From Chara braunii (lineage: Eukaryota; Plantae; Charophyceae): DNA of 63,197 bases. The first letter of the stretch is position 1, and each line of letters starts with the position of its first letter. The stretch is from NCBI GenBank assembly GCA_003427395.1, contig BFEA01000005.1, positions 8,461,063 to 8,524,259 on the forward strand, in the 5' to 3' direction. Below, one piece after another: positions 38,649 through 51,361 of this stretch. A program made the position numbers and the translations under genes. Below the pieces are notes generated by a model. It did not search any database and was not told where the DNA came from. It saw only the letters and a list, made by a program, of their open reading frames with translations.

Positions 38649-40238
38649 CTGCAGCATCACAATTTCCGACACAGAACACCGAATCTCTGTCACTAATGGC
38701 ATAATACTAAAAAACTAGAACTTTCCTGAAATGTAGTAGAGCAAGATTACATCCGAATTCAATTGAAACAGTCCAACTGTGAATGGTAAGCAAATAAACT
38801 CAACTGAGAGATGTTTAGAATCAACTCTTTTAAAGCTTACTCGTACTAATTCCGATTCCGACTAAACCCTCCCTATGCATGGCAGGGTCGGACGTGCAAG
38901 GCGGGAAAGGAGAAAAGAAAAAAGAGTTGGCCAAGTCCCATGATCGCCCCCAGCGCACTTAGCGCCGACACGGATATGATTGTGAGCGTGAGCGGGTGGT
39001 GTGATGTGCATGAGAGAGTGGTGGCCATAGCCACCGCTGCTACTTGACCGGGGCGGTGGGGGAAGTAGATGTGAAGTGAAGCTATTGGCAAAATGGACCA
39101 TCTTTGCGTAGTTATGCTTGTTGGGGTCCCCTGCATAGGTTAGGAGCAGTGGTAGGTAGATCGTGAACCGTGAAGTTGAGAGGAGAATATAGAGTAGTTT
39201 CGAAAAGAAAGAAAAAAATGGCAATGTACATTTCCAGTTCCAGCGGAGGATTCAGTCACATTTTGCACATTTGAAGAGCTCCGGTCCGATCGGAGCTTTC
39301 TTCCAGCGGAGGACTGAGGGCCTGGCTCAAATACTCTCCAAATGCGGAAATAATACCCAAATGCCACTTTTTTTTTTCTTTTTTTCCTTTAAGCCCAACC
39401 AATTCAATTACCTGTAGAATCTGGACAGGACGGCCTTTCGGGCGTTTTTTATTGTCATTATAGTATTATATGGGGAACCTCGTAGCATCCACATCCATGC
39501 TCAAGCCTCCAACGAGGGAACATGCGGGAGCTGCACCCACCAGCAGGTGCGATACCTGCTACAGCAGGTGGGCTATACCGGCCAGGGGTCAGCCGGTAGC
39601 ATCAGGACCGACTTCTTCTATCGGCCAGTCACTGTGTTTTGTGGATGTCCAGAGTAGTGGAGGGAAGCCCTCAGTCCCTTGCGCTTGCACCACTGCTGTG
39701 GTGCCAACCTACCCTGTGCGCTAGGGAGAGATCCGGGTTGGTTGGTGTTTTCCCGTACTACACATAAAAAGAAAAAAAAAAGTGGATTGGAGCTCAGGGG
39801 CCTGGCTCCGCTTTTCTCTACATGCACAACAGACAAAAATCATGGCAACAGACAAAAATCATGGCAGTCCAACACGTGCAGCTCCCCGCAAATAGAATGG
39901 AGCCAGTGTTTCACCTAAAAAATAATAATAATAATAATAAAACATCATGGCAGTGTCATGTTGTGCCGAACGATTCACTATCATTTTGCCCATGTCGAGA
40001 GAGTGAGGCCCTGGGTCCTATTTCCACAGTTCGTTACTGTACCAACAGACCCAGAGGAAGACCAAAAAAAAAAAATCAAGTGTTTGCAATCCATCTTTCC
40101 ATGTTCCAGAAGAGGATTCAGTCTCATTTCGCATATCTGGGGAGTAGTGGAGCTGGAATCGTTTGTAGTGACCAACGAATGCCCTCTGACGTTAGAGGTT
40201 ACTAGTTGGTGCTTGTACTTGGTAACTATGGATAACTA

Positions 40239-40343
40239 CCGTCTTCCCCCGAACATAACGCACCCTGAAAATGATCGTATACAAGGTATGTTTCCGGCCA
40301 GATACAGGTAAAATGGGGGTGCGTTGTGTTCGGGGGAAGACCG
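40239..40343. mobile_element. 105-bp Tc1/mariner(pogo)-type MITE, TA TSD
   Basis: TA|CCGTCTTCCCCCGAACATAACGCACCC ... GGGTGCGTTGTGTTCGGGGGAAGACCG|TA. Confidence 0.8.
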
Positions 40344-40779
40344 TAGCGATATTCATTATCTGTGATTGGGTCTTTTTCTTTACTGTCTATGAGTTTCTCT
40401 AAGTTACTTTGATGTTTGTGGATGATCCTATCCCCGCCTTCACAGACCGAGTGCTAACGGCGGTACTTGCTTTGCTTAGATCAGGCGAGCTCTGCTGTAT
40501 AATTCTGATAGCGTATGCAGCAGTTTGAGCCCTGAACCACTAGCCTGCGAACAAGAACGCGTTATCCTCTCTGTGAAAAGTAGAGGGGCGGTGCGCTGGT
40601 AAAAGAGAGGAAATGGTAAACCTTATGATGACGTGAATGTGTTTTCCCCTGTATGACAAAAACTTTACTCATGAGCTACAGGACTTCAGTTCTGAGAAGA
40701 ATTGTTTATCTCCTAGCTAAGTTTCTCTTGGATGGAGACTAATGACATCCCACGTTTTGTATAGAAAATGTTTGTGTGA

Positions 40780-40902
40780 CTTGCCGGTGGAATAGGAACC
40801 GGACTTACGCTCCCCAGAATAGAAGGAGCCAGGACCAAAAGGCCTGTTTTNTTAAAAAAAAAAAAAAAAAAAAAGAAAAGAAAAAAAGAAAAGAAAAAGA
40901 AA
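40780..40902 (+). mobile_element. Extremely 5'-truncated LINE tail plus poly(A), 17-bp TSD
   Basis: TSD AGAAAATGTTTGTGTGA at 40763-40779 and 40903-40919; body matches the reverse complement of the LINE 3' end at 43261-43335. Confidence 0.88.
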
Positions 40903-41239
40903 AGAAAATGTTTGTGTGATTGAACCAAGGAAAATCATTCAGTTTGTTCCATGCCGTAAATGAAAGTGAAGACTAGTCATAAGCAGCACTTTCAAGCTAG
41001 GCTACCAGCCGGGCCGTCCGGGCCACCCTATTTTCCTGGACAGTCCGGCCGTGCAAGGACAAGGGAAGGTCCTAGCAAAAAAAAAAAAAAACAGAAAAAT
41101 CCAAAACAAAATTATGTTATGCAGGAAAATAAACTGAACAACTTTTGCCTCAGGGCCACATCGAAATTCTTTACCATTTTTTTTTTTTTGCTTCAAGGGT
41201 CACATCGAAATTGTTCAGCAAATTGATTTTGGAAAACAA

Positions 41240-41710
41240 GAAGACGGCTGTGCGTTACGTTGCGGTAACGCTAACGCGCCGCCCCAGTGGCAGCGTTCGG
41301 GCGCTATGGAATCACTCACGGGGCCGACAACATCTGTCTGCTTCGATTGCCAAAACTTGGCGCTGGCGGGACCATGGCAGCGCAGGGAAGGACACTGGGG
41401 TGTTAGGGGGGTGTGCCGAGGGAGCTGTGATATGCTCCTGGTCGTTGCTGGTCTCACTTGACTTCTTTCAGGAATCCTAGTTCGGTGGAGGAAGGAGAGC
41501 GTGATATGTGGGGGCCGTCGGCGGGTGGGATGATGGGATCCGGACGCTGCACCATACCTGACGAGACTGATCGGGGGTGCTGACCCCTCAACCTTTGATA
41601 TGGAGGTTTTTGCGGGGGTCTCCTGCCCTGACACTGTTGTCAGGGTTAGCCCGCGAAGGTGAGGAAGACAGGAGCTATGGGCGTGCTCACCTGTCATGGT
41701 CCGTGTTAGG

Positions 41711-41785
<75 letters not shown>

Positions 41786-43150
41786 GTACATAGTGGACTG
41801 TTTGTGTTGGATTGTTTGTTGGTTTGGTGTAAGTTTTTGGTTTGGCTTGGAAATTTGCCACGAATAGGTGAGTGTCGCTCCGTGGGGATTCCATCATGGT
41901 GGGCGGTGGGGTCTCTTTGGGAGCCGACACAGATGGGTGGAGTAGTTTAATACCCTGAATCGCGCGGAGGAGGGTGGGTTAGTGGGGTCTTTGACCCCTG
42001 CCGTGCGGGTGGCGGGGTATCACTGCTGGTTTATGAAGATATTGGGCTTGGTGACATATTCGGGTTGGGCAATCGTGGGTTTGATCTCCATCTTTTTTTT
42101 ATAGGATTTGGTTTCTGTTTCGCTGTTTGGGTAATAGTTGTTGTAATTTGTTGCGATTTTTGTGTAGTGTTTTGCATGCGATGGAATGAAAGAGAGAGTG
42201 CTGCTCTGTAGAAACGCCACTATGGTGGGCAGTGGGGTTTCCTTGTGAGAAGGTGCAGATTAGAGGAAGTGGTTTTCCCTAAATCGCGAGGAGGCGGGTG
42301 GGTTTGCGGGGTCTTTGACCCCTGCCGTGTGGGAGGTAGGGTATTACTGCTGAGACGTTGAATTTGGGTCAGATATTCATTTCATCCTAATAGGCTGCTG
42401 TTTGCTGTCATCTGAATTCTCAAGGAGAAGTGGCGAGCATTGCTTCACAGGGGCTTCGTCATGGAGGGAGGGGAAGCATCCATAGGGGGTATATGCAGAT
42501 TGAGGGAGAGGCTTACCCTAAATCACGAGGAGGTGGGTGGGTTTTGCGGGGCTTTTTAGCCCCTGCCGCGCGGGAGGTAGGGTAATCCCCTGGTTAGTGA
42601 AAACAGCCTCGTCATGGGAGTTGGTGTTTGTAATGACGAGTGTGGGGAGGTGCTATCCGCTTTGAATCGCGAGGAGGTGGGTGGGTTTGCGGGGTCTCTG
42701 TCAGCAGTTTGGGGCCTGTGGGCACAGACCCCTGCCGCGCGGGTGGTAGGGCGGATTGGCAGGGGTTGGTAATAACTCCAGATGAATGGTGGACATGATC
42801 ACGCAGCACTGATCGCTCGTTTCTTTTTTGTGGCTTTGATTCGTTTTCTCCGGTAGGTGGAATTTAGGTCACTAACTTAGGGTTGACATGACTATTGTGA
42901 TTACAGTTTTTAGTGATGAACTTTAGATTTTCGTAGTATTTTCATTTCTTAGGGATAATCTAGATTGTGATGATAATTTTCGTTCACTTTTGGGGCTGTG
43001 GAGTTGGTTGTGGAGTTGGCTGTGGGGTTAAAACTAGTGGTGCCCTCTATGTGCTTGGCCGATGATGCCTTGCCCACTGAGGTCCCCACCTAATTTTGTA
43101 AGGGACGCCGGGCCCGGTTCCCGGCTTTTATTAAAAAAAAATAAAAAAAT
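41240..43150 (+). mobile_element. Poly(A)-tailed, apparently non-coding retroposon or long LINE 3' UTR
   Basis: Inserted within the MITE; ends GCCGGG..CCCGGC hairpin followed by an A-rich tail; TSD not resolved. Confidence 0.5.
41950..42760 (+). ncRNA. Four copies of a conserved G-rich structured RNA motif, family unrecognised
   Basis: Copies at 41950-42020, 42268-42348, 42512-42586 and 42652-42760 show compensatory changes and G-U pairs. Confidence 0.6.
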
Positions 43151-43238
43151 GTTCAGTTATTAAATATATATATATTTACCATATTTAAACTAAAAAATAA
43201 AGTTTTTTTTTTTTCTTTTGAATTCTTTATCTTCCCCG

Positions 43239-43974
43239 TTTTTTTTTGTTTTTTTTTTTTAAACAGGTCCTTATGGCCCTGGCTCCATTTCCTTTCTGGG
43301 GAGCATCAGTCCGGTTCCTATTCCACCGGCAATTCAAAATACAATGTTACATCATGACACACACTCACGCTTCCTCCCGTCTGGCGGAAGGACCCATGAC
43401 CAGCATTGATTACTCCGGCCTCGTGGAGGATTGACTGTCAGCTTGCCCTACTTCCACCTTCCCTCTCAGGTCCACATCATGAACCTGTCAGATAAATAAC
43501 AAAGAGCAAAAAAGGTAAAAGGAGCTGCGGCGGATGCACTTTCGGAAATTGCCCAACAATATTATGTGCCCTGTGATGGATCTTGTCCATCTGCTGGCTG
43601 GGATCTCTGTCTTCTCCACCCTGCTTCTAAGTTATGCCAGTTTTTCCACTGTATGCGACGGTCATTTATCTTTGCTACTTTGCCCCCTGCGAGCCACACC
43701 TTAGTGAATTTTGCCGAGATTCTTCTCTGTTGCTCTTCGTCGTCTGGCATGGAGTGTCTCGTATTTTGCCACTTGCACAGAATCTCTGCCTGAATCAAGG
43801 TTCTTGTCTCTGCCCATACCTTCTCCCTTGGAATTGAGAGTCCCTCTATGGTTCTGCCGCACCTTTCCTTCCAGATGGACCGCAGCGTTACCTTTCTGAT
43901 CATTCCGAACCACGTTTTCTCTGTCTTGTGGAATTGAGTTGGGATGTTAGTCCATAGACGGAGTTGGATGGGGT
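43239..43974 (-). mobile_element. L1-type LINE 3' segment: ORF2 C-terminus, 3' UTR, poly(A)
   Basis: WFGMIRKVTLRSIWKERC (LW.IWKERN-like); stop at 43562; T-run at 43239-43260. Confidence 0.85.
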
Positions 43975-46900
43975 CGACAAAGAAGAAAAAATGAATGACA
44001 TAATCAAAGGACTGACCGTTCACACGAATAAACTGGCAAATATCCTTTTGCTGCAAGAAACTCACCTCACCTTCTCAGGAGAACATAACAAAACTCGAAA
44101 ATTTTTATCAAGGAAACTGGGAGGAATGAGGGATGAAGTTTGGTCCTCAGATAATACATCAAGCACGAAAGGAACCGCCATCCTTATACCTAAATCATCC
44201 TGTCTATACACGGCAGGGTCCATAGTAGGCAAAGAGGCGGATACGATAGATGGTAGATGGTGCCTTATGGATGTAAAATGGAAGGATGAAGAGTTCATAC
44301 TAATCAATGTCTATGCACCAAACTACTACTCAGACATATCAACATTTATAACAAACATCGGCCAATGGATCCCCCCTCTGTCGGCCTGCATTTTGGCCAG
44401 CGATTGGAATGCAACTATAGACCCCGCCACGGATCGTATATCTAGGTCTATGACTGGTCAGCCTACACAGGAGGCAGTGCCTATCCAAAAGTTGATGATG
44501 GACCACGATCTAGTCGAACCATACCGAACGTTACATCCGGGGACAAGAGCATTCGCATTGCTTAAAAAGAACCATACCCATCAGTGGCACAGCGCTTTCT
44601 CCTTCATTGATTACTTCCTGATTTCAAGGACACTAATTGGGACAACTAAAAGCGCTGAGATTCTGCCCGTTGCACTGTACCTGGGTCTGGACCACAAACC
44701 CATAGAACTCATAATCAGCTTCGAACAGTATGTCAAAAAGGGGTCCAGCTTCCACAAACTCAACAATTCCCTCCTACTGAGCCCAACTTTGGAGTAAACC
44801 TCCCCCTTAAATCCTTTCGTAATGTGCAAGTAACCGTTATGGCACACGGGGATGTGGGCAGCTTGTGCTCGACCGCAATCAGTGCGGCAAGCATTGTACA
44901 TTAGAGACACAGTAAAACGGGAGCTGCACGAACATATATGATGCAATCAGACTCGCCTTCTTCCTTATTCCACATGCATGCAAACAGATGGCAATCCACA
45001 CTGGCGACAGGCGCCCACACAAAGCTCAGAGATATTAAGGCCGAGAACACAGTTCAGATGCAAACTAGCTTGAAATTGGCTTTGGCGCCTGGGCGCCTAC
45101 ATATCACCCTTCCGACTCTGTATTCACAGGAACTGTTCACACTCACTCTACCCCGGATCTCCCTAAATGTCCCACGCACGCTCACACTGTACCACACACA
45201 CACACACAGACAACCCTGAAGATTGCGGAGACAAATCTCATTGATAACCCCTCTACTGCACTTTACACCCAATTTTTTGAAAAGGCAAGAGAAGAACTCA
45301 CTATGTGGAGATGGTGGGAACTAAAGGGTCTACAAATAAGAGTCAGAATGAACGAATACGAGCTAAGTGAGTCAATGTCTAAACACTTCTTCGCAAGAAT
45401 CAAAGCAAACTCAAGAGCCAATGCAATAGAAAGCATGAAAACCCTCGCAAATCCAACTGAAACAGTGACAAATAATGAAGGAATGTTGAACGTAGCAAAG
45501 GAATTCTACGAAGAGCTCTATCACACGAAGACCTCTGTGCCTACTCCGCCCAGCACCAGCAAGGCACGAACTCGGATGCTACAATACTTGGAACAAACGA
45601 TATCTCAGGAAAAAGCAGAAGCTATGGACAAACCCATCACCAGGGAAGAACTGCAATCTGTTGTCCAAAGTATGAACAACAATAAGTCACCAGGAATTGA
45701 CCGACTGACAAAAGAATTTTGGGCAAAATTATGGCCGCTCCTAGGGGCGATCTGTTAAACTTCTACAACGACAGCTGGTTCAAGGGGGGACTGAGAAACT
45801 TAGTGAGTCGCAGTGTGGTCACATTGTTGTACAAAAAAGGGGAGAAGATATCAGGAACTATAGACCCATCTTTCTTTCAACCCTTCCCTATAAGATCCTA
45901 GCCAAAGCTCTGGCCTTTCGAATCCTAGACCTGACAGACAAATGCTTTCATATATACCAAACAGGCTTCATCCCAAGGAGGTACGTTTTCGGACAACGTA
46001 CTGACCCTTAACGAAGCGGCCAACAAAGTCAAAGAAAAAATGATAAATACAGCAATTCTGTTTTTCGACTTTGAAAAGGCTTATGACCAAGTCAACTGGG
46101 CCTTTCTCAATGCAAGTATGAAAAAGATGGGAGTGGGCCCAAATTTTAGGAAGTGGGTGCGCATTCTATATAATGATGCCATAGGGTGCGTCCACGGGAA
46201 TGACTTGCTCTCTGAGTGTTATCGAATCTCTCGGTCAGTTCACCAAGGGGACCCGCTAGCCCCTCCAATCTTCCTCTTCGTGATGGAATCGATAGTCTCA
46301 TTCCTACGCAAAGATCCCTCCATACACAGGCTACCAAAGGTCAATGTAGGAACAACCCATCACCTGCAGTTCCCGACAGTTATAATGTTTGTAGACGATC
46401 TCATGGTCCTCATAAGAGTTTCAGACTCGTCGTTTAGTGTGTTAGTAAGAGCAATGGAAGCATTCAGACTTGCTTCAGAAATGAAGAGTAATTGGAAGAA
46501 AACAATTGGCTGGTGGATATCTGAGGAGGAGATTCCCCAACTTCAAGGCCCTGAGGCAGATATGATTTGGGAGACACCGGAGACCCCTACGGAATATCTA
46601 GGCATTATCTGACAAAAGACGACTTTGCACCCCAAATGGCCCAAAATGTACTCGTCAAACAAATTAACAAACTTGGCAGATGGGGTCGCACATTCACATC
46701 ATTACTAGGCCGAGCACTTGCCATCAACACATCAAGTTTTCAATGATGTGGTATATAGCGTCAATCTGGACAGTTCCGGATGATATAATCAAGGAACTTA
46801 ACCCCAAAGCAAGAGCGCACTTGTGGTTGGGAGACCCCAACAAAGAGAACTGTATACCAAAGAAAGTATGGCATTACATCACAAGGAAACGAGCCAGAGG

Positions 46901-48221
46901 AGGTGTTGGTATCATCGACCCCAAACAGGAAACCAAAGCCTTACAAGTTAAATGGATAGTCAAATTACTAACTAAATATGGGACGACATGGAATAAATTG
47001 GCCTTGGACAGCATCAGGGGCCTAGCACCGACAACCTCACCAATAGATATGTCTGGTCTGTTCTGGGTAATGACCAAGGAATGGAGTCTAAGAACAGGGC
47101 GCAGAAATCAGAGAAGAAGAATCCGTCTAAACGAAGTTAGGCCCCCCACACCATATTGGACTGCATTGCTAAGGATATGGTGGGAAGTCGTGCCGAAGAA
47201 GGTGGGTAGACCCAAATCCAAAGAGGAGATATTGAGATAACCCCTTTTTGGTAATCCATGGGTAAGAGACGAAAGTGACCACCAACTATCCCTTAAGCCG
47301 AGAGGAAGGAGATGGATATCGTGGATCAAACATGGAGTTTGGAAAGTGAGACATTTGTGGAACGAGGAGAAAAAGGACTGGGTGACAGAGCAGGAACTGG
47401 CCTCCCAGCTCAAAGGATGTCACCGTCGCGAAGAGAACCTACAATCCATTATCAACTGCATCCCAGAAGGCTGGAAGGAGTTGTTGAGCGAAGCCTGAAC
47501 CCGGAAATCGGGTGAATGGGGAGTGAGGGTGCAGGATTTAACCCCTTCAAGGGCCTATCAATTGTCCCATAAACAACAAGGGTCGGATACCCTAGTTGTG
47601 TTTACCTCTTTCCCAATTACCTCCTCCACGCAAGGCCTCCCATCTATCATAAATAAGGGCGTGGAAAGAACTATCCGAAACCCTTTTGTTCTTTGAAAAG
47701 TAAGAATGTTGGGATCTTGGCCAAAAACAATCGTCAGAATAGATACGGCGATTCAAGACTTCGAATTTGATCCATTAGAATGGGTTTGGACACAAGATAG
47801 AAACAAAAGTCTCAAAGTGAAGGTCCCCATCGAGGAATACACAGTCAAACTGGGATACAACTTACTACTCAAAACAAAGGATCCTCACCCAACGATCAAT
47901 AACAGATGGCACAAGTTATTAGGTCAGGACGCTAGTGAGATCCCACAAATACCATGGAAAAAATTCAAATCAATCTGTCCGGTGAAAATCAGAAGCCTCC
48001 AATGGCTCATATCATACGTGGCTCTACCGGTTAACCAGTGGCTGCATATCTGAAGAAGTAAGAACGACCCCAACAACTCAAATTTATGTGTGGTATGTTC
48101 ATAAAATGAACCACAAGATATGCTACATTGCTTGATACGCTGTAGAGAGGCAACGAAATACTGGGCGAGGGCCTCGAATCTCTGGAATTCCCTTTTCTCG
48201 ACTCCCCTCCCTGAACACCCC
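43970..48221 (+). pseudogene. L1/Tx1-type ORF2 (APE endonuclease, RT, CCHC), inverted relative to its own 3' end
   Basis: LLQETH, INVYAPN, IDYFLIS, LDHKPI; KSPGID; DFEKAYDQV; HQGDPLAP; FVDDL; CVVC...HCLIRC; multiple frameshifts. Confidence 0.93.
44791..45268. mobile_element. ~480-bp unrelated insertion in LINE ORF2
   Basis: Breaks ORF2 after KLNNSLL; flanked by CCCAACTTT/CCCAATTTT; short GGAGTAAA/TTTACACC inverted ends. Confidence 0.45.
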
Positions 48222-50375
48222 TTAAAAAATATTTTTTATTTTCTTATTTTTTTACTTTTTTTTGGCCCGGTTGGGCAAGTGGCCCCAGGCCACTCTTGAA
48301 GCCTAGCTTTCGAGGTATTCGAGTAGGAACAAATGTTAGTAGCAATTTGTTCAACCCAATTGAGAGAAGAGGTTCCAAGTGGATTTCTTTGGCTTGTCAG
48401 ACTAATCAAATCTATTCACGTAGTATTTACATGTTCATTCACTTGCTACATATTCACCGGCCGAATTTGCTTGGCCTGCTCAAGTGAGGACATACGGTCA
48501 AATCGACTCGAATTCTGGTATCCGACGGGTGGGAGCGGAGGTATCCAGGTCCGAAAGTTCATTGGAAGAGCTCCCACGTTGCGGGAGAGATCCAAAAAAA
48601 ACGGATGGAGCCCCTCGTACCCCAGTACCAACCTGAGCAACCTCCGCCAAGAATACGAGTTTTCGAGCCAGCACCATCTACAATTAAATTGGGACTTCCA
48701 CATGGCGTGTGCTACAGACTAGGGGAACACTGCTAAATCGGTGTAGGCATAATAAAGATCGGTCCGCAAAAGCGCCCTCCGCACATCCACGTCACAGTAA
48801 AGATCGTCATCATCTGCGATCGGGAAAGATCGCTATAACGGATCGATGTGGGGGTCGGGCTTAGGCAATTACCCACACTCACATTCAAATTAACAAATCT
48901 CAACTTGTCCTATGCCAACCCGATCTCCTATCAGAATGGAAGCGGATCATCCGTGATAACTCCAATCAAAATTGTCATCCCGACAAAATGGCGCGGCAGT
49001 GAGATCAAGTGGAGCGCCCAAGTCCCTTCATCCGATCCCACTGGTCGTCCGACCTTACGCACAAGTGACTAGGGAGGGTGACAGTGGCACTTGCGCGCAA
49101 AGAGAAAGGTGACAAGAAAGTTCAATGACAATCTCGCACGCACGCTAGGTGTGGGGATCGGCAATTGGTCAGGTGAAAAAAGGGCCTCAACACACTCATA
49201 CACTCAGGCAGACGTCCAAAACCGAATTTACCCCATGAGCGCACCCATGCGCACATGCATGACAAGGACCATCACACAGTCATCAACCATCCATATATCG
49301 ATAGACTTTTTGACAGTGAAGCATTCAGCATCCACAAACACTTGCACCCAAAGCCATCCACACGACTGAGTATCCACACTTAGTCTCCAACACACGCGAC
49401 ACTTGGAGAAAGCAGCGATGAAGAAGAGCGAGTCGCTCGCTATTCAAAAATCATAACAAGGCTTGCACTCCGTGTGCACAGCCACCATATCGAACCAAGC
49501 ACAAGCCAGCATAGCCTCAGGGCGCTACCGCCAATTGCGTTTCTGTGTCCACCACCGTTCAGTCCCTCCGACTGCCTTATCCTGAGTCTATCGCTAATTC
49601 CACCCAACGCCGTCACTCCGCCCGTTCCTTGGGCACGACAAGCCTGTTGGGTGCCCTTGTCTTCGTGCATAGCTCGCTCAGCATTGCAGCCGAGATCAAA
49701 GAGGAGGAAAGGAAGGGGCTGCGCAAATTTACAGCGCGGAAGGCGGTGAGGCACCAGCGTGTAATGTGGGCAGCGAGGGGTGTAGATGAGGAGGATAAAA
49801 GGAAGAAGGTTCTGGAGAGTCAAACAAGTCGGGGCGATTGAAATTTTTGGAATTTTTTGCACAAAGGTGGTCATTGAAGCCGCGCTCATAAGTTCGTTCT
49901 TACCGCTTGATCCGACCATCTCAATTGGCGACCAATCAATCGCGCCAACGATACAGGGGGAGGATAGGACAAAGTGGTGGGAGGAAGACGAAGGGGTGTG
50001 TGTAGAGGGACATCAGCAAGAAAAGAAGCTGGCGTGCATGCGCAAAATGGGAAGCAAGTTTGCGTAGTGATCAAGAATTTGAAAATGACCACACGTGCAC
50101 ACATTGATCCAAAGAAATTGAAAACACCCTCAGCCGAATTCATGACCGTTTTCTTGATTTTCCCATGTGGTCGCTAGTCGCCTATGCGAGGCTAATTGGA
50201 ACAAGGACAAGGGGAAACCACAAAGGACTCATGCAGATGACCATCGAAAATTCAAAACGGACCCCTTTATTTGAAATGAGTCAAGAATCAAGATCTGTAC
50301 TTCGGGGCTTACTTCGGGGTTGGGTACACAAAGCCGCAAGGTATGGAGCTTGGCTTATCACAATCCTCCATCGTC

Positions 50376-50413
<38 letters not shown>

Positions 50414-50523
50414 NNNNNNNNNNNNNNNNNNNNNNNNNNNNNNNNNNNNNNNNNNNNNNNNNNNNNNNNNNNNNNNNNNNNNNNNNNNNNNNNNNNNNNN
50501 NNNNNNNNNNNNNNNNNNNNNNN

Positions 50524-50567
<44 letters not shown>

Positions 50568-50649
50568 GTGCCTATATACTTGGATATCAGATATGTTATG
50601 TTTGTGAAGTCGGGATCCCTATTTCCTAAAGACAAGAAAGGCTGTGTAC

Positions 50650-51186
50650 GCCGGCTCCGGTGGCATGGGTCCGTGCTGCACCAAGATGGGTCCATTTGCT
50701 AAAGAAAAAGGAAAAGCTCCCTTTTTCACTGTTGATAAATTTGAGTCTGGTGTTACAATCAGGAGGTTGTGGGTTGGTTCCTGGTCAGCTCTCAGTCGCC
50801 TGCATGCACGCACGCCACTTTGTCTTTCGGGTTGACTCCCCGCACACTCACCCCCAGTCTGGCACAGTCCGTTCTGTGCTGTCAAGTGTAGGGTACAGTC
50901 TGCCCTTATCTCTCTCCTGCTCTAGAAGAAGAGTACTCTATGTTAGGGCTTATATCTGTTGCTTTTATGTGTGCCTTTCATTGAGCTTTCATGTGTATCA
51001 ATGGGACACGGGACCCCGTTTCCAGCAGGTGCTGCTCCCCACCAATAGATGGAGCAGCTTGACAGATAGGCCCTCAATTCGGACGGTTCTCTTATCACCG
51101 CCAGGATCGAGGGCTTGACCCCTGCACAGTTCAGAATTCGCATAAATAACATTCCATTGCAAGCTTGGGCGAAGACCAGTTAGAAA
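50650..51186 (-). CDS. Two possible small host exons
   Basis: Acceptors TTTTTCTTGCAG| (51186) and GCATGCAG| (50799) followed by open non-repetitive frames; donors are uncertain. Confidence 0.25.
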
Positions 51187-51361
51187 CTGCAAGAAAAACA
51201 ATAAATCATGCGTTCGACGGCCTACCGGTTCAATAATTGGCAAAAACGGGAGGTGGCTGTACTGGTACAACTCTTTTTCCCATGGCCTCGCCAGGGAGCA
51301 GTTACCGGTAACAGATCCTCCCGTTTTCCCCAGGGGTGTGGCCTAGGCATCTCGGCAATGG

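Larger units (their letters stand above)
40997..48306. mobile_element. TIR element of the same family as MITE 15269-15540, expanded to 7.3 kb by nested retroposons
   Basis: CTAGGCTACCAG...CTTGAAGCCTAG; TSD CTTTCAAG/CTTTCGAG; both arms align to the MITE in reverse orientation. Confidence 0.88.

Noticed and set aside
42277-42345. HDV-like ribozyme on the minus strand (ACCUCCUCGCG resembles HDV L3)
   Set aside because: P3' reads GAU rather than GGU, no P1.1/P4/J4-2 could be built, and G-U pairs favour the + strand.
41950-42760. CRISPR-like repeat-spacer array
   Set aside because: Repeats are 70-110 nt and variable, spacers are irregular, there are no cas genes, and the context is eukaryotic.
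48320-50380. Short ORFs or a possible LTR
   Set aside because: No recognisable motifs or boundaries; left unannotated.
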